Of a stretch of DNA of 64,000 nt, positions 1-12,144 are shown in pieces. This DNA is from Octopus vulgaris (taxonomy: Eukaryota): assembly GCA_951406725.2 (NCBI GenBank), contig OX597815.1, forward strand, positions 109,368,001 through 109,432,000, given 5' to 3'. How positions within the stretch are numbered: position 1 is the stretch's first letter; the number at the start of each line of letters is the position of its first letter. A model generated the notes under the pieces. The model was not told where the DNA came from, did not search any database, and was given only the letters and a program-made list of their open reading frames with translations. Position numbers and translations under genes: made by a program.

Positions 1-225
1 GATCTTGGAGGACCGTCACCGAACAATTGACAAGCATGATATGACTGGTGTATCCTGGAGCTCCAACTAAAGAATTTTGAGCGAGGAATTGCGAATGAAA
101 AGAGTTGCAGTAAAATTTGTGCCACGTTGCTCAAAAGCAGTCACGAGTGAATGCGTGTCATGAACTGAAGGAACAGTTGGAAATTGATCGAACTTTTTCT
201 GAAGCTCATCACTGGTGACGAAAGG
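1..225 (+). pseudogene. Mariner transposase fragment (degenerate, runs off the window edge)
   Basis: Manual translation gives ILEDRHRTID...RILSEELRMKRVAVKFVPR (mariner W/FVPRxL linker), then after frameshifts QKQSRVNACHELKEQLE and FLKLITGDE (first catalytic Asp motif ITGDE). Contains a stop and frameshifts. Confidence 0.85.
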
Positions 226-272
226 TGTGGTTGGGCAGCAAGCTTCTTACCGCACAGCCACGACTACACCTA
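226..272 (-). mobile_element. SINE family A 5' head fragment
   Basis: tgtggttgggcagcaagcttcttaccgcacagccac matches the head of family A copies at ~7700-7746 and ~62948-62992. Confidence 0.7.
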
Positions 273-311
273 TGTGAGTGTGTATGTGTGTGTGTGTATG
301 TATATATATAC

Positions 312-390
<79 letters not shown>

Positions 391-505
391 TTTATATCGG
401 AATGGTCATATTGCCAGTTTAGCCAATAAAAACACACGTACTATATATTTGGTGTTATTTTGCTTCAGTGATATTTATTTTTTACATTAATCTTAATCTT
501 ATTTC

Positions 506-550
506 GGCCAAAGTTCTTTCGTCACACTCCTGTGACCGCATCAGTGGTCC
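506..550 (-). ncRNA. Minimal hammerhead ribozyme relic (Penelope-associated)
   Basis: Minus strand reads CCA-CTGATGC-G-GTCACA-ggag-TGTGAC-GAAA-GAAC-TT-TGG: stem I CCA/TGG, perfect 6-bp stem II, GAAA; core A9 is C. Lies downstream of the GIY-YIG ORF on the same strand. Confidence 0.55.
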
Positions 551-1034
551 TTTGTTTTCTTCTCACTTATTTGTGTCTCTCCTTACTAACCGTCAGCCAT
601 TTTGTATTTCTATTGCATGTCTTCATTTGCGCATGCTTATATCTCTATGTGCGTCTATGTTTATTTAGTATGTGTGTGTGGGGGGATGCCTGTAATATTT
701 GTATCTTCTGTTTATATACATTCTTGTAATTTGTATTTTGTTTTTGTTGTTGTTGCTTTTGTTCTAATTTTGTTCATGTGTTTACATCCACCCATTATTA
801 TCATTACATATGCTTGTGTGTATGTATAACAACAATATTAGTAATAATAATAATAAATCTAATCGAAAAAAAAAAAAATATATATATATATATATATACA
901 CACACATATATACACATATACATATATATATATATACACATATACATACATAGATATATATACATATATATAGTTATTCATTTCTATCTGTTTATTTATC
1001 TGTGTATTTATTATGTTTTCAGGATCCTCTATCG

Positions 1035-1372
1035 TCATATGTTGTGGTGTGTGCTATTGCTCCATTCTAGTTTTCTATTCAGGCTAGGTTTATTTTCTAT
1101 TATATGTGTAGCTTCTGTAATTTGTCTTATTGTTGCATCTGTTCTATGTGTGGACAATATCTTAATCTCTATGTTATTGATTGATCCCCCGTCTTCCTGT
1201 TCGGCGTGTTGGTACAGAATCGATGAGCTTTTACCTTCCTTGAGTTGTCTCCAATGTTCATTCACCCGCTCTCCAATGCTTCTTGCTGTTTCCCCTACGT
1301 ATGTTACTGTCTTGTTACTGCATCGTCCCTCTATACATCTTATACTATAGACTACATTTCTGGCTTTACAGT
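1035..1372 (-). pseudogene. Penelope-like element, C-terminal GIY-YIG endonuclease fragment
   Basis: CKARNVVYSIRC...TYVGETARSIGERVNEH...SILYQH...RQITEATHI...PSLNRKLEW has the VVY/YVG motif, the R, H and E residues and the terminal LN typical of PLE GIY-YIG domains. Confidence 0.9.
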
Positions 1373-1379
1373 TATATAT

Positions 1380-1556
1380 ATAAGGGTAGAAATTGATATT
1401 AATCAATTAAAACTAGTGGTCTAGTATATTTTTAAAAATCCGAAGAGTAAAAATTTTTTACATACAAAATTTAGAGGATTGACCACTAAAAGTGGACAAC
1501 TTGTATACTAGAAACAGACGTCAAAATCGCAATTTTCCACGTAGAATGGCGATTTT

Positions 1557-1612
<56 letters not shown>

Positions 1613-1890
1613 GTATATACATATGTATATACATACAAAATTTAGAGGATTGACCACTAAAAGTGGACAGCCTGTATACTAGAAAAAGACGTCAAAATCG
1701 CCATTTTCCATGGAAAATCGCCATTCTACGTGGAAAATTGCGATTTTGACGTCTGTTTCTAGTATACAGGTTGTCCACTTTTAGTGGTCAATCCTCTAAA
1801 TTTTGTATGTAAAAAATTTTTACTTTCGGATTTTTAAAAATATACTAGACCGCTGGTTTTAAATTAATTAATATCAATTTCTACCCTTAT
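1380..1890. repeat. Nested inverted/direct repeat (PLE terminal-repeat-like)
   Basis: 1380-1560 is the reverse complement of 1710-1890; 1632-1711 is a direct copy of ~1460-1538; (TA)n separates the copies. Confidence 0.9.
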
Positions 1891-2055
1891 TTAATTTATT
1901 TATATACATATATATATATTTATACAAGAAATAATATTTGTCTCTTTTTATGGAAACAAAAAGGTATATAGGACTACAAAAAAGAAGTGCTCAAATGTAA
2001 ATGAGACAAAGATAAAGAAACATTGGTCATAGAACACATTAAATTCGAGTTAACA

Positions 2056-2278
2056 GGGAGTTGAGCACTCCCACCTAGCGCGAAACAACATCTGTAGATT
2101 AGTTTATGGGTTATTGCCCTTTATCAACACTGAGTAGCTGCTTGGCCAGATGGAGTTGCTGAACAGTGAATTCAGTAACGTCATCTGGCCAAGCAGCTAC
2201 GCTGTGTTGATAAAGGACAATAACCCAAAGACTAGTCCACAAATGTTGTTTTGCGCTAGTTGGAAATGCTGAACTTCC
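2056..2278. repeat. Imperfect ~105-bp-arm palindrome
   Basis: For example gtagctgcttggccagatg / catctggccaagcagctac and ctagcgcgaaacaaca / tgttgttttgcgctag; short loop near 2164-2170. Confidence 0.9.
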
Positions 2279-3002
2279 ACTTCAAAATATAAGGACACAG
2301 ATATTGTGTCCGATATCCAACTAGAAACGATGGTTATGAGGGTTAAAACAACAGTAACATCGTCCCTTCCAGGGCAGCCACATTACGATAGCAAATAGCT
2401 TTATATATATATATATACATATACACACATAGCCCAATCTCTCCTAAAATGCACATTACCATCGTTAAGAGGTGTACAATATATAATATGATCCCCTTGT
2501 ATGCAATGTAATGTGTTTGCAATGATATGAAAGGAGAACTGCACGGGTGAAATTATTTTAGTCATAGGTTTGGCGATAAAACTGACTTGTAGCTGAACAA
2601 CAGCAATAACGAAACATGGAGTAATTTTCAATAAAACAAACACAAAGCGAATTCGCGTACACATTCGAAACCTTTTAATTTACATTTATTTATTCACTTA
2701 TTTTTGTACTTCTTTACTTTTCATTGCCAGCCTGTGTCAAATCTAAGACTTATTGCCAATATTTTAATGCAGAACTATAATTGTGAATAGAAAAGTTTCT
2801 CAAAATCACATTGAAGGTGTTGTAGGAAAAATATACATTTCCTGAGTTAATGAGGTTGTAGATGTAACATTAGATTTAATGAAGCTGTTCACATTTCTAC
2901 AGATAGAAACCAATGTCAAAAGCGAAGTGATCAACACTGAATACATATTTCTGATATTGTGTGCTACTCAACATGGACGCGGGAGTAGTGGTTGAAGAGA
3001 GA

Positions 3003-3050
<48 letters not shown>

Positions 3051-3166
3051 GAGGAATTTAGATTATCCCCACATGGTGAATTGCTATATATAGAAGAAAT
3101 TAAAGAAGGAAAATGCACACACTTTACATAGTTTTAATATAGTTTTTAATATAACTTATATTGTTT

Positions 3167-3950
3167 GTTAACCGGTTTCACTTTCGCTAATCATGACATT
3201 AAAATTTATTTAAATGCGTATTTTCTTAATAAAATGTTTTCCTTCTTTTGTTCATATTGTATGTCGAGTTAATGAATAAATGACTCAACAAGTAGAAAAA
3301 TCTAAGGGGAGATAATTGGTTATCGTTATTATTGTGGACAGGGAAGATAATTGTTCATCTTTCGATGGGGTGGTGGTAGAATATATATATATGTACACAA
3401 AAATTCAAAAACTAGAGTAGTAGGGAGAAATATGTAGATTGATGGGTATGTAATCGTGAGTTAAAATATGTATAGAGATCAATGTTTGTTATGCGTGCAT
3501 ATTCAGACGTGCTTCTTTGTTTAAACATTCGAGTAAAGAAATTATATCTTTGCACTGGTAGAAGAATAAAACTGTGAAATTTGGTTTGATGTTACCTGCA
3601 CATCTCTGTATGTGTTTACTTGAATGAATCTGTCTGTATTGCGCAAACTGGATCTGCACTTTATGTAGAGTGGTTCTCTGTTTCAATGTCATTCTCGTCT
3701 GTCCTATATAGTGATATCCACAATTCGAGCAGGTTTTTACATAAATTAGGTTCGCAGAGGCAGAAGTGAAGGTTTTAATTGTGAACCTCTCATTTTGTTT
3801 CAAAAGGAAATCCGAGCATTCAAGTAGGTTGGGTCATGTTCCACAGTTTGGGCGTCCACATTTTTTAACCGTTGGTTTCATGGTTGTTGTGTAAAGCTTC
3901 GCACTTGTTAGTAGTCTCTTTAGCGATTTGTGTTGCTTTTTGGAAGAGGT
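3167..3950 (-). mobile_element. Penelope-like element (Neptune-type) 3' fragment: Cys linker, GIY-YIG and 3' region
   Basis: Minus strand gives SLKRLLTSAKL...KKCGRPNCGT*P (Cys linker; stop at the third Cys), then ORF 3489-3803 NLIYVKTCSNCGYHYIGQTRMTLKQRTTLH...SKH. A degenerate ...GAAACCGGTTAAC hammerhead-like end lies at 3167-3198. Confidence 0.85.
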
Positions 3951-4015
3951 CGACAAACACAATATAAGATATATTAAAAATTATATTAAAACTATGCCGT
4001 GTGCGCAATTTCCTT

Positions 4016-4114
<99 letters not shown>

Positions 4115-4432
4115 TTGTATGTATGTATGTATGCATGTATATATATATATATATATATATGTGTGTGAGGAGAGAGAGAGAGGGTGATAAAGACAAGTAG
4201 AGATGCATTCTATTGTATTTCATTATATGAACTGCATTCCGAAGGTTATAACTTTCTTTTTAATTAATAATCTTAACATCAAAGTAGAATGAACTATCTC
4301 ATTTGAGATACATAAGGAACTTCAGAAAAACCCATGTAGATTGCTGAGCATTGTCAGGGACTCACATAGACGACCTCCAGCCAAATTATTATCTGAGAAT
4401 ACATATATGGGAGGAGTCATGATGCGGCGACT

Positions 4433-4935
4433 CAGCACCTGACAATTCAGCGCCGAAAATTCAGCGCCAACAATTCAACACTTGATAATTCACGCATAGA
4501 CAATTCAGCGCAGAGCATCTTATTGAACTTTGGGGATAGTGGCTGACTAATCTTAACATTTTTCTAATCCACCGCCAGTCTCAGTCTATGAACCAAAGTG
4601 TTTAAAAGGCAATAATACTAAACTACTTTGAACCAGTAGTTATCTAGTTAAATTTTCATAGGTGATTCAAAAGGTATAGTTATCGTTTCGTATGGCCGTG
4701 TGTATATATATTTATATTTTTTTGTTGGTGCTTGTTTCATGTATATGTATCCTTTTTTATGTATAGTTATATATATTCTATGATTGCTGTGTTTGTAAGT
4801 TAGATGTGCATGTGTTTTAGATATACAACCAACATCAATATAATGTAATAATAAATTACATATATTACATGCGCTGAATTATCGGCGCTGAATGGTCGGT
4901 GCTGAATTCTCAGGCGCTGAATTGTCGGTACTTCC
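4433..4935. mobile_element. Non-autonomous DNA transposon with repetitive terminal inverted repeats
   Basis: Left end has repeated (AC)AATTCAGCGCC units; right end has the reverse-complement units GGCGCTGAATT(GT); AT-rich non-coding interior. Confidence 0.7.
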
Positions 4936-5430
4936 ATGGGAGTAATATATGGATGCGAACATAGCTTCGCTTCAGAGGCCTATCCGTAGCTGCCAATTTG
5001 TTCGTAATTTGAACCTTTGTCCGCCGTCGTTGTAAACATACTTGAAAATTAATTTGCTAATTTTCTCTGAATCTGGTTCTTAACAAAAAATTTTTAAATT
5101 CTTTGCTTTCGAGAAATTTACCCCAATTATCGATTGAAACAAATGAAAGGTATAAAGATAGTCCTATATTTAATGTGCTTGCTACTTGTAGTTCCATCAG
5201 CGCTCCTTTATGTTTAAAGGTATGTTCATCTACGATCGTCTTGAAAATTTGTTTTAGACGAATGAATGCACAAGGGCGGAGCAACTGCTGATGAGGTCCT
5301 TGATAATTTTCCGTGATACATTTGCCATACATAAAAAAATTAGGTTTAGGCAATCATCTTAGGTTTATGTAGAGTGGTTCTCCGTTTCAATGTCATAATA
5401 GCAAACTAGCAAACACATGCATACACACAC

Positions 5431-5481
<51 letters not shown>

Positions 5482-5813
5482 AATATCGAACGATGAGTAT
5501 GAATGCTCAACACTGTATTGGTGGATAAATATTCTATATTTGTCTGTTAGCAAGGATACCATTGGTTTCATGCTAAGAATTCTCAGCAATTATCAAGACT
5601 GCCACATGGAAGGTTGATACTCGCCTCCATCTTGGATGAGAAGACTACGGTGATATTTGAACTAAACAAATACACGTATGGATCAGGGAAAGCATCTCCA
5701 AATTGTTATCTTCCTTGTTCTAGTCACGTTCACATTTATAAGTATAGATATGAATATGGATATTCACGTATATTCACATGTACATACATACAGAATATCC
5801 CTGCAGAATATAT

Positions 5814-5866
<53 letters not shown>

Positions 5867-6238
5867 TTCTCTCTCTTTCACTCACTCACACACCTGCATT
5901 ATGTAATTTTCTCGTGTTTGGGTGTGTACACATAATTGAGGGTTTTCACATATTTTTTTACATATTTTGACAGCAAGCTTGGTCCATAGGATTGGGCGAG
6001 AATTCATGGGATTTTGAATTCATAAATTTGTGAATCATTCATATGTGTGTGCGTGTGTATGTGTGTGCGTGTGTATGTGTGTGCATGTATATGTGTGTAT
6101 GCGTGTCTGTGTGTGTGCAGAGAGCAATCTAAAAGTGGGGTGCTGTATATTTAAGTCTTTATATATATGTTAATATATATGAATCAGTTTTCATGTGTGT
6201 GTATGTGTGTGTGTGCATACATACATTGAACATATATA

Positions 6239-6460
6239 CAGGGTGACCCGAAAGTAGGCTTACAGTTATTCAACTATCTCTTGCGCATTCATATATTAAA
6301 AGTTTAGATCTCAATTATAAAAAAAATATGAAACCATTGTTCCATGCTAGTTTAGTTAATTTTCTCAAGCTCCCTTTTCAGTTTGAATGACAGAAATGTA
6401 AATGTAATAAAATATTTTAAAAGAAATTTAAAGCACCTACGTGATAACTGCAAACCTCCT
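6239..6460. mobile_element. Degenerate Tc1/mariner-type MITE
   Basis: ta|cagggtgacccgaaagtaggcttacagttat at the left end and a partial complement ataactgcaaacctcctg|ta at the right end. Confidence 0.45.
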
Positions 6461-6536
6461 GTATAAATATATATATATGTATGTATATATATATATATAT
6501 TCATACAATACAATAATATATGTATACAACAAGTAT

Positions 6537-6586
<50 letters not shown>

Positions 6587-6588
<2 letters not shown>

Positions 6589-7070
6589 ACTTATAAACCA
6601 GGAAAAAAGATTACAATGCCAAATATGCCGAAATAGATTTAATCGTCAATAACCATATAATTTATCACTATAAGCACGCGTCTCGAAAGCAAGCCGATAG
6701 AAATTTCTAAAAAGTGTTGTTATTATCGGATCGGTCCCAATTTCTGAGTTAATTCCTTTAGAATTTTCTCGTCATCAGCAAGAAATGCGATAAGAAAATA
6801 AATGAGATACTTACTTGTACCCATGGAAGAAGTAAACACTAAGTCATGAGCACACTTAAGTACCCCAAATATATCCAAAATAGAAATTACACAGCATACC
6901 TCGAGACATGTGTGATCTGACAAAAAATTATCAAAGAAATTAGAAATTTCTATCACTATAAGCACGAGACGCGTGCTTATAGTGATAAATTATATGGTTA
7001 GTGACGATTAAATCTATTTCGGCATATTTGGCATTGAGTTTTTTTTTCTTTTGCCCTTGTTTATAAGTTG
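6587..7070. repeat. Inverted-repeat element with an extra internal hairpin
   Basis: 6614-6685 is near-perfectly complementary to 6966-7037; local hairpin tatcactataagcacg-agacg-cgtgcttatagtgata at ~6951-6987. Confidence 0.9.
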
Positions 7071-7153
7071 TTTATAAATTTAACATTTAAAGGTATATTA
7101 TTTTAATATGTTGGCCATTGATAAATTATTTTGAAAATTTTATCCTCTATTAG

Positions 7154-7205
<52 letters not shown>

Positions 7206-7380
7206 GCGTGTGCGTGTACAATATTTATATACACATAGGTATAATAAATGTATATAAACTATATATATATATGTGTGTGTGCTTATATACACAAACACAC
7301 ATATGTAAGTATGTGTATTTTTATAAATATATGTATATATGAATATATATATATGTATGTATGTATATATATATATCTTT

Positions 7381-7746
7381 TCTCTTTTACTCTTTTACTT
7401 ATTTCAGTCATTTGACTGTGGCCATGCTGAAGCACCGCCTTTAGTCGAGCATATCGACCCCAGGACTTATTCTTTGTAAGTCTAGTACTTATTCTATCGT
7501 TCTCCCGCTAAGTTGCGGGGATATAAATACACCAGCATCAGTTGTCAAGCGATGTTGGGGGGACATATACACACACACACACACATATATTATATATACG
7601 ACGGGCTTCTTTCAGTTTCCGTCTACCAAATTGGTCGGCCCTAGGCTATAGTAGAAGACACTTGCCCAAGGTGCCACGCAGTGGGACAGAACCCGGAACC
7701 ATGTGGTTCGTAAGCAAGCTACTTACCACACAGCCACTCCTACGCC
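7381..7746 (-). mobile_element. SINE family A (tRNA-derived head, CORE-like segment, internal microsatellite, gtaaaaga-repeat tail)
   Basis: Minus strand ggagtggctgtgtggtaag...ggttccgggttc...ggcaccttgggcaagtgtcttc (resembles the CORE motif) ...gactgaaataagtaaaagagtaaaagag; many homologous copies in the window. Confidence 0.9.
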
Positions 7747-7764
7747 TATATATATGTATGTATG

Positions 7765-7795
<31 letters not shown>

Positions 7796-8313
7796 CGGGA
7801 AAGTTTACGAAAATAAGCAAAAGACGAAGGCAGATGGAGTACAAACAAACAAATGTATTAGTATAGCGCTCAGGAATAGAAATAGAAAAAGTCTTTTACG
7901 TTTCGAGCCTACGCTCTTCGACAGAAAGATACACAGAAAAAACAAGGAGAGAAAAAAAAATGCGTGTAGGAGCTAACGATCTATCATGGCGTCCTGACTT
8001 CGGACAGTGGTCAGACGCGAGAGGGACAGTAGGGGAGATAACAGGGTCAAGTGACTTCCAATACGAAGGTGCCCCCAACACAAAAGTGTGTGTGTGTATA
8101 AGAGAGTATGTATGTGTGTTGAAAGAGGGCTGGTGGTCTGCACGTGTGTGTGTATGTATGTGTGGGTGTGGAGATGTGGGGATGGGTGTGTGGGTGGTGT
8201 GTTGTGATATGATATGTGTATGTATGTGTAGGTGTAAAGATGTGGGGATGGGTGTGTGGGCGGTGTGCTGTGGGTGGTGTGTTGTGATGTGTAATGTTGT
8301 ATGGTGTAGTGTA

Positions 8314-8320
<7 letters not shown>
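7796..8320 (-). mobile_element. Penelope-like terminal-repeat relic between (TA)n tracts
   Basis: Homologous to 31700-31860 and 44615-44785; carries a hammerhead-like motif at 7892-7929. Confidence 0.65.
7892..7929 (-). ncRNA. Minimal hammerhead-like motif, variant core CUGUCGA
   Basis: TCTTT-CTGTCGA-A-GAGC-gtag-GCTC-GAAA-CGTA-AAAGA: stem I, stem II and palindromic ACGT in place of stem III. Confidence 0.6.
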
Positions 8321-8351
<31 letters not shown>

Positions 8352-8909
8352 TCACACTCATATACTACATATACACATAGTCAGAGAAGCACGCATGCAC
8401 ACACGGTAGCATTTCTAATAAATAGATGTCGACGTGTCTCAATAAGTGTGTTCAAGTTTCTGGGTGTAAATGTGTGTTGCACCGTGTGCGTGTGCGTGTA
8501 CGTGTGCGTGTGCGTGTACGTGTGCGTGTGCAGGCGTGCTCGTGCCCAGTTTCATGTCATCTTCAACCGTTGAATATACATTTATCATGCATTAAGTTTA
8601 AATATTGATATCGTGCTGTAAATAGAATATATCTCAGAGCTAGACAGACACATGCAAGCGGCTTTCTTGCTGCAGCGTGCATGCATACTACTTCGCCATA
8701 TTTGAATGTGCACTGACAGTCACATGAAGACTTGCATATCTAGCCATATAAGTGTATATGTTCATATGTTCCTTATTTAGACAACTTTCTTTAACTCTCA
8801 CGCCTTTCGGTTTCTCCCTCTCAGCTTCTTACCCAATTTAACTCTTTCGTAAATTCACACGCATTCAAAAATATATACAGTGCGTACGCACACACACAGA
8901 CACACAAGA

Positions 8910-8944
<35 letters not shown>

Positions 8945-10243
8945 AATGTGCGTGTGTATACATGTGTGAGCGTTTGGGTATCTGTGAGTATACACACACA
9001 TATATATATATATATATATAAACATATATATTCCTATATACATCTATTTACATGTATATATGCATATATATGTATATGTTTGCGTATTTGCGTATGCACA
9101 CACACATACATATATACATACATTCTTACATTCATACATACATACATACATACATACATGCATACACACACACTCAGACATATATATATGAATATATATA
9201 TGTGTGTGTGTGCGTATGCATGTGTGTATGTATGTATATATATGAATAAATAAATATATATATACATATGTACATATGTATATATATATATATATTGATG
9301 TTCATATATGTGCTGTGTGTGCATTACGGAATCACATACCAAGATACAAACACACAAACAAACACACACACACATACATACACACAAACACACACACATA
9401 TACATATACGTATACACACAATAATGTTGGCTGTTCGTACGCTTATAGGCATGTGTATAAACATGGAACATTCATAACGTTAAATTCATAATTCAAGATA
9501 AACAACCGTTTAATACTTTCAAAGCTCCTTACTTGTATCTATGTTTATAGTGTGGGAGTATGTATATATGGTTTATATGTACGAGTTTTCACACATGATG
9601 GAATGCATATAACTTCACACTCGCTGTCGCTTATAAAGGTTGTGCATATGTGTGAGTGTATATGAGTATGTGTGGGGACATGTTTGTGTGAGATTTAAGT
9701 GAATATGTGCCTTTAGAAAGCGTTTTAACTGTACGAGTTTGCGCTCTCGTGTAAATAAGTTACAGTGCTGATTAGCCTTATTAAATATGCGACTCAATAT
9801 TCTATTAATATATGCTCTTGTGCAAATGTGTGTGTGTGTAGTTGTGTATATTTATGTATGTGAATGTATGTATGTATGTATATGTCTGTGTGCACATGTA
9901 CAATGTCTAGAAGATTTGAGTGTAGAAAAATTTCCACGTAAGTTCATAAATTGTGTACATGTATGTGATATTGCAGCGTGTGTGAGTGAACATATACATC
10001 ACGCTTATTAAATATAAATATAGGCTGATGATGAACCGAGAAGATATTCAAATGCTGACGTGTTACAACATAAATGATAAATCGCTCGATAGTCTTGTGT
10101 TGATACCGTTCTCATGTTACAGTGATTTATGCCGTGTCTGATATTTGTTGATACTGTCGTATACCGCTTTGTTTTCTGTAAGAAGAATACTCTTTATCGT
10201 TTGCTTGAACATAGCTGACTTTGGACTAAACAACTATTCTGCA

Positions 10244-10274
<31 letters not shown>

Positions 10275-10958
10275 CTGTGTTTATGTGTGCGTGTGTATGT
10301 CTGTGTGTGTGCGTGCATATATCAGAAGGCATAAAATGAAATGTATGCACAAATGAAGCAGGAGAAATATGCAGGTATATATTTCATTGTATTCAAAGAA
10401 TTATCATCTCATTTCAGTTGCATTATCGATGGAAGTGTTCACTTAGTGATGTAGACTAAACGGCAGAATATCCTAAAGAAATATGTACTTAACGTGATGC
10501 TCACACAGAAAAGGTACGGCATTATCCATGACCAGGTGGGTACTTAGAATGATAGGCATTATTCGCCCGACATACAACTCCCGCCTATCAAGTTTCAGTG
10601 AGTTGCTTTCGGTCGAGTCAAAACAGTCGAAAAATTATACGACCTGTAGGATCGACCTTTAGACGTCCACGTTTACATATACTTGTACACAAACTGGCAC
10701 ACATTCCCAGTACTAGATGTCCTTTAACTAGGCACTCAATGGACCCGCCTTCGCGTCTGGGTTCGTTTTCACTTTCCCTTCGGGTTGGTTACGTGATTCT
10801 TTGCAGAATCTTGACGGAATGAACTTTCTCTCTGGAGATGAGTGCCTCTCGCTGGAACGAATTATAAATCGTAAAGACATAGATTTTACGAATAAATCAA
10901 GCTATACTATATCTTGCCATGCTTTAGCTTAGATAATACTATCTAGTTAGGATGTATG

Positions 10959-10992
<34 letters not shown>

Positions 10993-11162
10993 TGTATGTA
11001 TGTATGTATGTACGTACATATGTAATGTATGTATAGGTCAATATTTAGATTGCTAGCTAACTAGGTAGATAGATTGATATATACATACATACATACATAC
11101 ATACATACATACATACATACATACATACATGCATTCATACATACATACATACATACATACAA

Positions 11163-11910
11163 TCATGATGGCCGTCCACTCGTGACCGAGAAGAGCATTG
11201 CGGAGCTTTAGGAACACTGTGCGCTCTAGCACTAACTTATATTTTGCATTTCTGGTTCCATTGGTAACTAATGAGCCCTGCTCTTGACAAGCATCCACAA
11301 CTGCAAACATTGAAAACCAAGCTTTCCTCATTCACTACACTAGCAGCACGCTTGAATTCTTCATGCAGAATACGTATTCACTTAAAAGTGTCGACACCCT
11401 CCTTAACCTGCTTCCTTCATCTGTGGCGATGACAGGCATTGCTCTCCCAGTCGGTCCCTTGCATATCACAAGTCTTCAATGAGGAATTTACATAGTCCTT
11501 AAATCGCAGCCTTGGTTTCTGCCGCTTAGGTCTCTTTCCACTAACAAGTTCCCCATATAGCATCTGTTTAGGGATCCTGCTATCCTTCATTCTAAGGGGT
11601 CCAGTCCAACGTAACCGGTGCTCGTGCATCATCGCCACAAAACTCAAGATATCAGCTTTCCCCAGAACCTGTGTGTCTGAAGTTTTTAAGGTTCAGCCAA
11701 CATTCAGAATGTGTCTCAGACATCTCTGATGAAAGCGTTCAAGGACCTTTACATGACGTTTGTAAAGAGTCCATGTTTCACAAGAGTAAATGAGCGATGT
11801 CAGTACTCATGCACGGTACACATCAATTTTTGCTTGCCTTGTGATGCCATGCTGGAACCAGAAACGAGACTGAAGAGACCGGAAGGAATCAGAAGCAAGA
11901 CAGTTGCAGT
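11163..11910 (-). mobile_element. RTE-clade LINE 3' fragment
   Basis: SLIYSCETWTLYKRHVKVLERFHQRCLRHILNV, then RLRWTG.LRMKDSRIPKQMLYGEL..GKR...PRLRFKD, a degenerate C2H2 (CLSRAGLISY) and an RTE-like tail ending ...ggccatcatgat. Confidence 0.9.
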
Positions 11911-12144
11911 ATAGCTCCACGTCTTCCTGTTTCAACTTTTGAAAATCAGATAAATCTGTGAAACTCATTAAGTCTTTAAGAATTTAAATTTTAAAAATCT
12001 AAACGAATCCCAGTGCATTTTCAATTTCTTATACACACACCCACCCACCCCACGCACACACATATTTTATGTGTGTATATACATGTATTATGTATGTATG
12101 TATGTATGTATGTATGTATGTATGTATGTATGTATGTATGTATA

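Noticed and set aside
5057-5353. 98-aa ORF, possibly a decayed hAT or other transposase
   Set aside because: No motif I can identify with confidence.
10023-10060. ctgatga-tgaa...ttca-aat as a hammerhead
   Set aside because: No intact GAAA and no convincing stem I.
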